From assembly GCA_965223325.1 (NCBI GenBank), contig CBDCWI010000001.1:1280001-1344000 (forward strand): DNA of 64,000 nucleotides, given 5' to 3'. The position numbers were made by a program, and so were the translations under genes. Of the stretch, positions 56,206 through 64,000 are shown piece after piece (the stretch's first letter is position 1; each line of letters starts with the position of its first letter). The notes under the pieces are model-generated. The model made no database searches and was not told where the DNA came from. It saw only the letters and a list, made by a program, of their open reading frames with translations. This DNA is from Candidatus Multivoradales bacterium. Its GTDB lineage: Bacteria; Acidobacteriota; Thermoanaerobaculia; Multivoradales; Multivoraceae.

Positions 56206-57474
56206 ATGCCAGGCCGCCCCATAACCCGCAGTTCTCCGCGTTACCTCGCCTCCGAGGCACGGCGCATCTCGCGCAAGCTCTATCGTCGATTCACCCGTCA
56301 TGACCAGCGCCTTGCCAGGCTGCGGCCCGCCGGTAGCCCACGCGGCCGGGTCCTTCTCTCCTACGTGCTCGACCCCCTCCTTCTCCCGCTCGACCATGAC
56401 CTCCCCCACTCCCACACCCACTTCTGGGAGACGCGCGAGATCGCACGTTCGTTTCTCGACCTCGGCTGGGCCGTCGACGGAATCTCCTGGACGCATCGCA
56501 CCTTCGAACCCAACGAAGGCTATGAGGTGATCATCGACCCGCGTGCCAACCTCGAGCGCCTCGCCGAGACCCTGCCAACGGCGCAGGCCATCTTCCACTC
56601 TGACACCTGTCACTGGGCGGCGAGCAATGCGGCACAGGAAGCCCGCCAACAGGCACTCACCCAACGTCGCGGGGTACGACTCGATCGTCACAAGCTGGTG
56701 GAAGAGAACCGCGGTGCCGAAGCCGCCTCGATCGTCTGCTACCTCGGCAACGACTTCACCCGTCGCACCTTCGAGAACGCACTCCGCTCTGGGGGCTCTG
56801 GGGGCTCTGGGGGCGAGAAAGATTTCACGCCGACCGACAAACCCCTGGTGCGCATCCCGGTCTCGGTCCCCTTCGAATACGACTGGCCCGGCGATCGAGA
56901 CTGGGAACAGGCGCGGCGACGGTTTCTGTGGTTCGGCAGCGGCGGCCTGGTGCACAAGGGGCTCGACTTGGTGCTCGAAGCCTTCGCGGGCATGCCGGAG
57001 CTCGAGCTCACGGTCTGTGGACCAGTTGAGCGCGAGCGCGACTTCGAACGGCTCTACTGGCGCGAGCTCTACGAAACAGCCAACATCAACACCCTCGGCT
57101 GGATCGACTCGCGGCCTGAACACTTCGCACCGCTCGCCGCACGACACGGTGCCCTGATCTACCCGAGCTGCGCCGAGGGCGGTGGCTCGAGCGCTCTGAC
57201 CTGCATGCACGCCGGTCTCGCTCCCCTCTTGACCCCCGCCGCGAGTGTCGACCTCGAGCCCGATCGCGGCGTGCTCTTGACCGACGTGACCGTCGAGGGT
57301 CTGCGGGCGGCGGCACAGAGCTTCGCCGAGATGCCACCTGGCGAAAGCGAGCAGATGGCTCGCACCGCCTGGGAATGGGTCAGGCAACATCACACCCGCT
57401 CATTGTTCGCTTGCAACTATCGCCGCTTCGCCGGCCGGGTCACCGGCGAGCGTTCTAGCGGAGACGGCGAGTGA
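56206..57474 (+). CDS. Glycosyltransferase, GT-B fold (GT4-like)
   Basis: GLVHKGLDLVLEAF; IYPSCAEGGG...CMHAGL. Confidence 0.85.
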   Translation: MPGRPITRSSPRYLASEARRISRKLYRRFTRHDQRLARLRPAGSPRGRVLLSYVLDPLLLPLDHDLPHSHTHFWETREIARSFLDLGWAVDGISWTHRTFEPNEGYEVIIDPRANLERLAETLPTAQAIFHSDTCHWAASNAAQEARQQALTQRRGVRLDRHKLVEENRGAEAASIVCYLGNDFTRRTFENALRSGGSGGSGGEKDFTPTDKPLVRIPVSVPFEYDWPGDRDWEQARRRFLWFGSGGLVHKGLDLVLEAFAGMPELELTVCGPVERERDFERLYWRELYETANINTLGWIDSRPEHFAPLAARHGALIYPSCAEGGGSSALTCMHAGLAPLLTPAASVDLEPDRGVLLTDVTVEGLRAAAQSFAEMPPGESEQMARTAWEWVRQHHTRSLFACNYRRFAGRVTGERSSGDGE

Positions 57475-58265
57475 TCGAGCCCGGGTCTGGCGACGTCGCG
57501 GTCGCGCTTTCACCGCATCTCGACGACGCGGTGTTCTCGTTGGGCAGCACCCTCGCGCGCCTCTCAAAAGAAGGTCGCAGCGTTCATATGGTCACGGTCT
57601 TCGCCGGCCCTCCTGCGCCTGCGGCCCCCTTACACTCCCTCGCGAAGCAACTGCACGAGCTCTGGGGCCTAGGCGACGACCCGGTCGGCGAGCGCCGGCA
57701 AGAAGACCTCGAGGCGGCCGCTGTTCTCGGGGCCCAGGCCACCCACTGGGACTTCATCGAAGCGCTCTACCGCACCGGCTCAGTTGAGCGCCCGCTCTAT
57801 CCCGACCTATCCAGTCTTCGCCAGGCGCCTCATCGAGCAGACGCGCAGCTGGTCGAAAATCTCAGCGTCGCGCTCGAACGCCTGGCCAGCGACCTGGATG
57901 AGGAGGCGCACTTTTTCGCGCCGCTCGCCATCGGGGCCCACGTCGATCACGTGTTGTTGCGCGCCGCCGCGGAGCGAACCCTTCCCCCTTCCCGGCTGTG
58001 GCTCTTTGAAGACCTTCCCTACGCCTTCAACAGGCGGGTACGCAAACGAGGCCTGCCTCGGCGCCGAACCAGTGAGGACGTGCTACTCCCCATCTCCGCA
58101 CGCGACCTGGAGCGTAAGTGTGAAGCAGCATGCTGCTATCGCTCGCAGATCGCTCCGGCCTGGCCCGACCGAGCGGCCCTCGAGCGCGAGTTCAGAGATT
58201 TCGCCGCGAAGAGCGGCGGCGGCGAGCGCGTGTGGACCGTTCCCACGCCAAGTTCAAGGTCCTGA
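57471..58265 (+). CDS. PIG-L family deacetylase
   Basis: SPHLDDAVFS; RRQED; HVDH; EDLPY; YRSQ. Confidence 0.9.
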   Translation: MIEPGSGDVAVALSPHLDDAVFSLGSTLARLSKEGRSVHMVTVFAGPPAPAAPLHSLAKQLHELWGLGDDPVGERRQEDLEAAAVLGAQATHWDFIEALYRTGSVERPLYPDLSSLRQAPHRADAQLVENLSVALERLASDLDEEAHFFAPLAIGAHVDHVLLRAAAERTLPPSRLWLFEDLPYAFNRRVRKRGLPRRRTSEDVLLPISARDLERKCEAACCYRSQIAPAWPDRAALEREFRDFAAKSGGGERVWTVPTPSSRS

Positions 58266-60050
58266 ATCAGAGCCGGCTGGCACCAACACGACCTTCTGTT
58301 CCAAGAAAGACGTTTCGCCGCCCAACTCGTCGTGCACCGCCACGACCACGGTTGCCTCGACACCACGAAGCGGAATCTCGACCTCGTAGGTGTAGCTCTC
58401 ACCGCGTGGGCTCTTTCCACTCGGCAAACCGACGGGAATGCTCTTGTGGCCAACGGGCGTGTAGCGCTCCCAACCATCACGGGCACCGATGAAGACCGCG
58501 AACGAGCCGGCGTCATGACCCTCCTGCGGCACCAGGGCGAGGTGATCGAGCGGCACCACCACTCGCAGCCGCGCGGTTCTGCTCCGAGGACCATCGCCGC
58601 CGTCGCCGGAGGTGGGGGTGTCGCGCACGTCGACGACCTCCAGTTTCGCGCCCAGCGGGTTCTGAAGTGAGCCGTGAATGAAGGTACCGAAGACCGCCTG
58701 CGAGAGCTTCTCCTCGCGCGTTTCGGCGACATAGCTGCGGCGATAGCGCACATCGCCGGGACCCTCGACCTCGACCCTGATCGTGTGCACTTCGCCATCG
58801 GCGGGACGCGGTGGGGTGTAGGCCAGGCGGTAGCCGGCCGAGGCGTCTTCGACCGCCAGCGCCAGCACGTCGCTAGGCTGGTTGGTGTTGAAGAGCGCTT
58901 TGCCGCCGGTGTCGTTGGCGAGGGTGTAGAGGCCATCCTGGAGGTTTCGCATGCCGGCCGACTCGGTGGTCATCGCAGTGCGCGCCGAGTCGACCCCCGA
59001 GCTCCGGTTGGCGCGCAGGCCGGCGACCTGAAACGGGTAGATCGTCACCGATTGGGCATTCGCCTGGGCGCCCAACTGGTCCCAGGATCTTCGTGTGCTC
59101 TGGCTGTGCAGGGCATCGAGTGGCTTTCGTGGATCGAAGGGACGCTGGTCGCTGGTCAGTCGGTCCTGGCCGGTGGTGTCCTGGCCAAAGCACAACTCTG
59201 CGACGTGGAGCTGAACCTCCTGCCCGGGAAGAAGTGGAATACCGTCGCTGACCAGGAGCAGGCTCTTGCGACCGTCATAGCGGGCAAGCGACTGGACGAA
59301 GCGCCGCATGCCGGCGATCGAAGCGAGCGCCTGGGACTCGGCCTGCTGAGAATGCATCGCAGCCGTCGCCGCCAGATCCTCACAAGGGTCTTCCATCCCC
59401 TGCGCTCTTATGTTCTGGGTCGTATTGAGTGCCGCGTCGCGCGCCTGTTGATCGATCTGGCGCAAGACGAACTCGGGCGAGGCCAGCGCAGCGGTTGCCG
59501 GGTAGACCTTCCGGCGCGCCTCCTCAGACAGGGCGCGGCTGATCTCTTTCGGGTCGGCGGTAAACGGCAGGCGCATGCGGATCTGACCGTCGAAGGTGGC
59601 GATCGCCACTTCATCGCCCGGGCGAACGATTTCGTCGATGGTCTTCCTGAGTTGCTTGAAGAGCTGGCCACGGTGGCCCTTGCCCATGTGCAGCTCGTCG
59701 ACGTAGACGACCAGGCGGGCGCGACCGTCGGCCGGAAGCTCCATGCCTTCGGCGAGAAGTGGGCGCTCGTCAGAGTCGATCCAGGTGCGGTCGTCGCCGG
59801 CGGACTCTCTCGCCAGGGCCGAGAACTGCGCGATCTCGACCGGCTGCCCGTCTTCGAAGACAGAGAAGGCGGAGGCGTCGAGATCAGAAACCGCGGTGCC
59901 GCCCTGTTCGACCCACACGTCGACGACCACCAGACGCACGTCAACCTGATCGATCAAGGTGGCATCGGCGACTTGAGCGGCAGCAATGCCAGGCCACAAG
60001 CCACCCATGAGGGCCAGGAGCGAAACCAACACGAGAATCGAGTAGCGCAT
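58254..60050 (-). CDS. Acidobacterial-type VWA domain exported protein
   Basis: VRLVVVDV...V.DL...F.VFEDG; GRKSLLLVSDG; LANDTGG; Y.LAYTP; VRYRRSY. Confidence 0.85.
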   Translation of the reverse strand: MRYSILVLVSLLALMGGLWPGIAAAQVADATLIDQVDVRLVVVDVWVEQGGTAVSDLDASAFSVFEDGQPVEIAQFSALARESAGDDRTWIDSDERPLLAEGMELPADGRARLVVYVDELHMGKGHRGQLFKQLRKTIDEIVRPGDEVAIATFDGQIRMRLPFTADPKEISRALSEEARRKVYPATAALASPEFVLRQIDQQARDAALNTTQNIRAQGMEDPCEDLAATAAMHSQQAESQALASIAGMRRFVQSLARYDGRKSLLLVSDGIPLLPGQEVQLHVAELCFGQDTTGQDRLTSDQRPFDPRKPLDALHSQSTRRSWDQLGAQANAQSVTIYPFQVAGLRANRSSGVDSARTAMTTESAGMRNLQDGLYTLANDTGGKALFNTNQPSDVLALAVEDASAGYRLAYTPPRPADGEVHTIRVEVEGPGDVRYRRSYVAETREEKLSQAVFGTFIHGSLQNPLGAKLEVVDVRDTPTSGDGGDGPRSRTARLRVVVPLDHLALVPQEGHDAGSFAVFIGARDGWERYTPVGHKSIPVGLPSGKSPRGESYTYEVEIPLRGVEATVVVAVHDELGGETSFLEQKVVLVPAGSDSGP

Positions 60051-60083
60051 CGCGCCAGTATACGAGGGACTGCTCTCGCTGTC

Positions 60084-61091
60084 TCAGGGGCGGACCGCAG
60101 GCTCTCGGGTACCGACTTCGGCGACCGCGAGCGGCGGATCGGGGATCGGCGGAATCTCGAGCCAGAGCCCGTGCCAGAAACCGCGCCACTTCTCGTAAAC
60201 CGCCCGCACGTTGCGGCGTGGCAATTCGCGGAGCGTTGCGGCAGGGATCGCCACCAGGGCGAACGCCAGGACGCGGGCCCAGTGCCACGGTCGGGCGTAG
60301 CGGCGCAGGTAGATCGCCGAGCTGCGGCCGGTGTGAAAGGTGCGAGTGGGCCTATAGACCCCGATCGAATGCGAAATCATGTGCCAGAGGTGCGCGTCGT
60401 GAACATAGAGGCAACGCCACCCGGCCTGTTTCAGGCGCACGCAGAAGTCGGCGTCTTCGACTCCCAGGTAGTAGACCGGGTCCCAGTACGGCACCTGCTC
60501 GAGAGCCGTACCGCGTACCAGCATCGCGCACCCGTTGATGTAGGGAACGAACTCGGTACGGTCGTACTGGCCACGGTCGAGTTCGCCGTCGCCGCGTTCG
60601 CGGGTGACAGTTTCACGCCAGCGCAAGGATCCACCCGCCGACCAGATGCGCTCGCGATCGCCGTGGTAGTAGCACTTGGGGCCAGCACAACCCGCACTCG
60701 GGTGCTCCTCCATGGCGACCACCAGGCGCTGCAACATTTCGCGGTCGACCTCGATGTCGTTGTTCATCAAGAGCACATAGTCGTAGCCCGACTCGCGCGC
60801 CCAGCGAATCCCGTGATTGAGCCCCCAGGAGATGCCGCGATTCTCTTCGACCCGCAGCTGGCGCACCGCTGGAAAAGCCTCGCGGATCGCCTCCCATGAG
60901 CCGTCGGTCGAGCCGTTGTCAACGACCAGAAGATCGAGCACCGGGTAGGAGAGCTCGAGAAGCGAGCCCAGGGTGACCTGGGTGACCTCACGGCCGTTGT
61001 AGTTGAGAACCACGCCGGCTACGCTCGGGACAGCGCTACCTCCCACGTCAGGCAAGTCCTGGGGCTTGGTGGGATGTTCGGCTTCGCTCAT
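60084..61091 (-). CDS. Glycosyltransferase family 2
   Basis: VVLNYNG; VVDNGSTDG; LMNNDIE; GCAML; EDADFC. Confidence 0.92.
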   Translation of the reverse strand: MSEAEHPTKPQDLPDVGGSAVPSVAGVVLNYNGREVTQVTLGSLLELSYPVLDLLVVDNGSTDGSWEAIREAFPAVRQLRVEENRGISWGLNHGIRWARESGYDYVLLMNNDIEVDREMLQRLVVAMEEHPSAGCAGPKCYYHGDRERIWSAGGSLRWRETVTRERGDGELDRGQYDRTEFVPYINGCAMLVRGTALEQVPYWDPVYYLGVEDADFCVRLKQAGWRCLYVHDAHLWHMISHSIGVYRPTRTFHTGRSSAIYLRRYARPWHWARVLAFALVAIPAATLRELPRRNVRAVYEKWRGFWHGLWLEIPPIPDPPLAVAEVGTREPAVRP

Positions 61092-61193
61092 AAGACGGGC
61101 CCCTAAGGGGAATCGAGATCCGGATGGACAGGATGATACTGACAGTCACTGCTTGCACGGCGGTTTCGACCGCGGCGAACTGGTGGAGCTGAG

Positions 61194-62132
61194 ATGAGCG
61201 CACCAGAACTCATCGACCCCGACCAACGGGCCGTTCTGGTGACCGGGGCCAGCGGCTTTCTCGGTCGTCATGTCTGCCGCCATCTGGCAGCGCGAGGTGC
61301 GACGGTCCACGCCATCACCCGTTCTGACCCAGGCGAGCAAAGCCTCGAGAACTCGATGGAAGCGGTGGTGCGATGGCACCAGCTGGACCTCCAGGATGCT
61401 TCCGCTGTTCGAGAGACTGTCAAAGGCATCGCGCCCGACGCGACGATCCACCTGGCCAGCCTGGTCAAGGGCTCGCGTGACCACTCCCTGGTCTTGCCGA
61501 TGTTCGAGGCCAACCTGCGCTCCACCGTGCACCTACTCGCGGCGGCAACCGAGAGTGGCTGCCGACGCTTTGTCCAGGCCGGATCGCTCGAGGAGCCGGC
61601 CGCCTCTGACCCCGCCCCCGCCGCCTCGCCCTACGCCGTCGCCAAAGCAGCAGCGGCCGAGTACTGCCGCTACTACCATCACGCTTACGATCTCTCAGTG
61701 GCGCTGGCGCGCATCTTCATGGTCTACGGACCGGGTCTCCAGGACGAGAACAAGCTGGTGCCCTACGTCATCTCACATCTCCTGAGCGGCAAGGCAGTGG
61801 AGCTCTCGAGCGGCGCACGGGCTGTCGACTGGGTCTACGTAGACGATGTCGCCGAAGGCCTCGTACGGCTCGCCTGTCTGGAGGCGATCGAACCCGAGCC
61901 GGTCGACCTCGGGAGCGGTGACCTCGAAACAGTAGGAGACCTCGTGCGCCAAATCTACGACCAACTCGGAGAGGAGGCCGAGCCGCCGCTGGGAACGCTG
62001 ACCGACCGCGCCAACGAAACCGTCCGCCGTGCGAATACAAAAGACACCTGGAAGCGAACCGGCTGGAGACCCAAGACCGCTCTCGACGACGGTCTGGCCG
62101 CGACCATCGACTGGTTCCGCCAGCGCTCATGA
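61194..62132 (+). CDS. NAD-dependent epimerase/dehydratase (extended SDR, possible NDP-sugar 4-reductase)
   Basis: VTGASGFLG; HLAS; YAVAK; VYGPG; DWVYVDD. Confidence 0.9.
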   Translation: MSAPELIDPDQRAVLVTGASGFLGRHVCRHLAARGATVHAITRSDPGEQSLENSMEAVVRWHQLDLQDASAVRETVKGIAPDATIHLASLVKGSRDHSLVLPMFEANLRSTVHLLAAATESGCRRFVQAGSLEEPAASDPAPAASPYAVAKAAAAEYCRYYHHAYDLSVALARIFMVYGPGLQDENKLVPYVISHLLSGKAVELSSGARAVDWVYVDDVAEGLVRLACLEAIEPEPVDLGSGDLETVGDLVRQIYDQLGEEAEPPLGTLTDRANETVRRANTKDTWKRTGWRPKTALDDGLAATIDWFRQRS

Positions 62133-62140
62133 GCGAACTT

Positions 62141-63430
62141 CTAGGCGACGGCTTCGTCAGCTAGAGCCTCGTTCTCCGGGACGGCAGCCTCCCGCTCTTC
62201 GGGCGGTGGAAGCCGCCCGAAGAGGCGAAGGACCACCATCCACGCGGCGAAGATGCAGAGCGCACCCAGAAAGAAGGGAGCTCCGGGCAGCTCGACCGGG
62301 GCACGCTCCGAAGTGAAGTAGCTGAACAAGCCGGTGGTGAAGATGAGCGGCGCAACGATGTTGGTGACACTGACGAGGGCCGTCAAAGAGCCCTGAACCC
62401 TGCCCTGCTCGGACGGCGAAACAGCACCCGCGACCATGCCGTTGATCGCCGGGCCGGCAACTCCGGCAATCGAACCCCCGACAATCACCGCGATGATCAT
62501 CCAGCCTTCAGACGCCAGGCCGTACCCGATGTAGCTGAAGACCGACAGCCCGAGGCCAAAGAGAATCGCTCGCCGTTCGCCAATGCGCGACACCACCGGC
62601 TTGACCAGAAAGCCCTGGACGATCACCGCGGTCACGCCAACCAGCGCCAGCGCCAGGCCGTTGGTCATCTCGTCCCAGCCGTAGCGATAGCCGGTGTAGA
62701 GCACCCAGACATTCTCGAGACCACGCTGCGACATCGAGATGAGAACGAAGGCCACCGCCAGGCCGGCAACGATCGGGTACTTGCGCAGGTTGCCGATACT
62801 CGACATCGGGTTGATGTTCTTCCACTCGAACTTGCCCCGCTTTTCGGGAGGCAGCGACTCGGGAAGTACAAAGAAGCCGTAGAGCCAGTTGATCATCACC
62901 AGCGCCGCCGAGACGTAGAACGGCAAACGCAACGAGATGCCACCCAGGAGACCTCCGAGCGCGGGCCCCATGATGAAGCCGAGGCCAAAGGCAACCCCAA
63001 CCAGACCGAAATTGCGCGCGCGGTTCTCGGGTGTCGATACGTCGGCGATGTAGGCATTGGCGGTCGTGATGCTGGCGCCCATGACACCGGCGATGGCACG
63101 GCCGAGAAACAGCCAGCCGATGCTCGGTGCCCAGCCCTGCAGCAGGTAGTCGATGCCGAGCCCGAAAAGGGAAACGAGAATCACCGGCCGACGCCCGAAG
63201 CGGTCCGAAAGCGCCCCGAGAATTGGTGCGAAGAAGAACTGCATCAGAGCGTAGGTCGCCGCGATGATGCCCACGTAGCGGCCAGCCAGGGCCGCATCGC
63301 CACCCATGAACTCTTTGACCAGCTCGGGCAGGATCGGAACGATGATCCCGATTCCCAGGATGTCCAGGAACAGGGTGACCAGAATGAAGGCCATCGCGGC
63401 CTGGCGGTTCTTTGCTCTCGACATTGCCAT
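62141..63430 (-). CDS. MFS transporter, TCR/TetA-like drug:H+ antiporter
   Basis: 12 TM helices; motif [13 protein letters not shown]; GRAIAG; motif [11 protein letters not shown]. Confidence 0.93.
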   Translation of the reverse strand: MAMSRAKNRQAAMAFILVTLFLDILGIGIIVPILPELVKEFMGGDAALAGRYVGIIAATYALMQFFFAPILGALSDRFGRRPVILVSLFGLGIDYLLQGWAPSIGWLFLGRAIAGVMGASITTANAYIADVSTPENRARNFGLVGVAFGLGFIMGPALGGLLGGISLRLPFYVSAALVMINWLYGFFVLPESLPPEKRGKFEWKNINPMSSIGNLRKYPIVAGLAVAFVLISMSQRGLENVWVLYTGYRYGWDEMTNGLALALVGVTAVIVQGFLVKPVVSRIGERRAILFGLGLSVFSYIGYGLASEGWMIIAVIVGGSIAGVAGPAINGMVAGAVSPSEQGRVQGSLTALVSVTNIVAPLIFTTGLFSYFTSERAPVELPGAPFFLGALCIFAAWMVVLRLFGRLPPPEEREAAVPENEALADEAVA

Positions 63431-63543
63431 CTTGCTCGGGTGGTGAAACGGCTGAAAAACGGCGGCGCTTGCCCGACCGCCCCCTCGGGGTGCCTGAGAC
63501 TAAGGTGATCTCACCCGGCGCGCCAGCGCCGGGCAGGGACCCT

Positions 63544-63584
63544 GCTCTCTGTGGGCTCTCTGTGGGCTCTCTGTGGGCTCTCTG
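63544..63584 (+). repeat. 11-bp tandem repeat GCTCTCTGTGG (3 full copies plus 1 partial)
   Basis: Read directly. Confidence 0.9.
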
Positions 63585-63798
63585 ACGAGCCCCTCGAGGA
63601 GCTCTTTGAGCCAGGGCTCCATCCGATGGAGGGAGCGCTCCATCCAAGCGCGCCTCTCGACGCCGTCAAACGGGGTTGGCGCCCTTCCCGCAATCGCCGG
63701 CAGGCAGTTTTCTTGATCTTGTAAGTACCTGCAAGGAAAGGTCTTACGCTGCACGCACCGGGGTTCCAAGGGCGCCATTCGAGGGCAGGCTCGAGAGC

Positions 63799-63814
63799 TG
63801 GCACAGCCAATGCA
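63799..63814 (+). promoter_or_regulatory. Sigma54 (RpoN) -24/-12 promoter
   Basis: TGGCACAGCCAATGCA has GG-N10-GC spacing, about 85 nt upstream of the ATG at 63898. Confidence 0.7.
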
Positions 63815-63897
63815 CTATCCCACGCTGTACGCAACGGACTCCTCCAGTCCCCACTTTCCAAACCCTTGACCAATACCCACAACACAGGAGAAACGAA

Positions 63898-64000
63898 ATG
63901 GAACTTACCCGAGGCGAAATGCAGGATCTGCTGGCCAAGTTTGCGACCGAGAGCGACAGCTACCGTGAGCGTCTGCTTGCCGACCCCAAGGAAGTCATCC
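63898..64000 (+). CDS. NHLP (nitrile hydratase-like leader peptide) RiPP precursor, N-terminal part (truncated by the window edge; not in ORF track)
   Basis: AGGAG RBS; MELTRGEMQDLLAKFATESDSYRERLLADPKEVI resembles the NHLP leader pattern TR.E....L...A..D..[FY]R..LL.DPK.v. Confidence 0.75.
   Translation, partial: MELTRGEMQDLLAKFATESDSYRERLLADPKEVI

Noticed and set aside
58674-60899. 741-aa plus-strand ORF
   Set aside because: Antisense to the well-supported VWA and GT2 genes; no recognisable domain.
62141-63430. Calling the MFS a tetracycline resistance gene (tetA)
   Set aside because: Family motifs only; no tetR or mobile context, and the substrate cannot be determined from sequence.

Overview
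High-GC bacterial window, most consistent with Acidobacteriota, probably Thermoanaerobaculia. This is inferred from the Acidobacterial-type VWA protein, the Oar-like TonB-dependent receptor, multiple CRTAC1/ASPIC-UnbV and TPR proteins, and C-terminal 'FExGDL..WS' tails. In order, it contains: partial tatD; two sulfatase/alkaline-phosphatase-superfamily genes flanking a PilT-family ATPase and zinc-ribbon partner; a GMC oxidoreductase pair; RidA; a translationally coupled operon of 3 CRTAC1/ASPIC and 2 TPR genes divergent from a TonB-dependent receptor; an OmpR-type two-component system; a REP-associated tyrosine transposase (RAYT) bracketed by two identical 94-bp direct repeats built from 11-bp tandem units; FG-GAP/VCBS and PQQ-propeller proteins; a divergent subtilase; TerC; ribokinase; an MBL hydrolase; a cobalt-type nitrile hydratase operon; a protein with an IF1-like N-terminus; and an ~18-kb surface-glycan locus (two GT-C-like paralogs, rfbF, C-methyltransferase, rfbC, DUF4910, GT4, PIG-L, GT2, epimerase). 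At the right edge, a sigma54-type promoter precedes the start of a probable NHLP-leader RiPP precursor that the ORF track missed. No rRNA, tRNA or CRISPR array was seen. All calls are by eye from motifs; no database searches were run.
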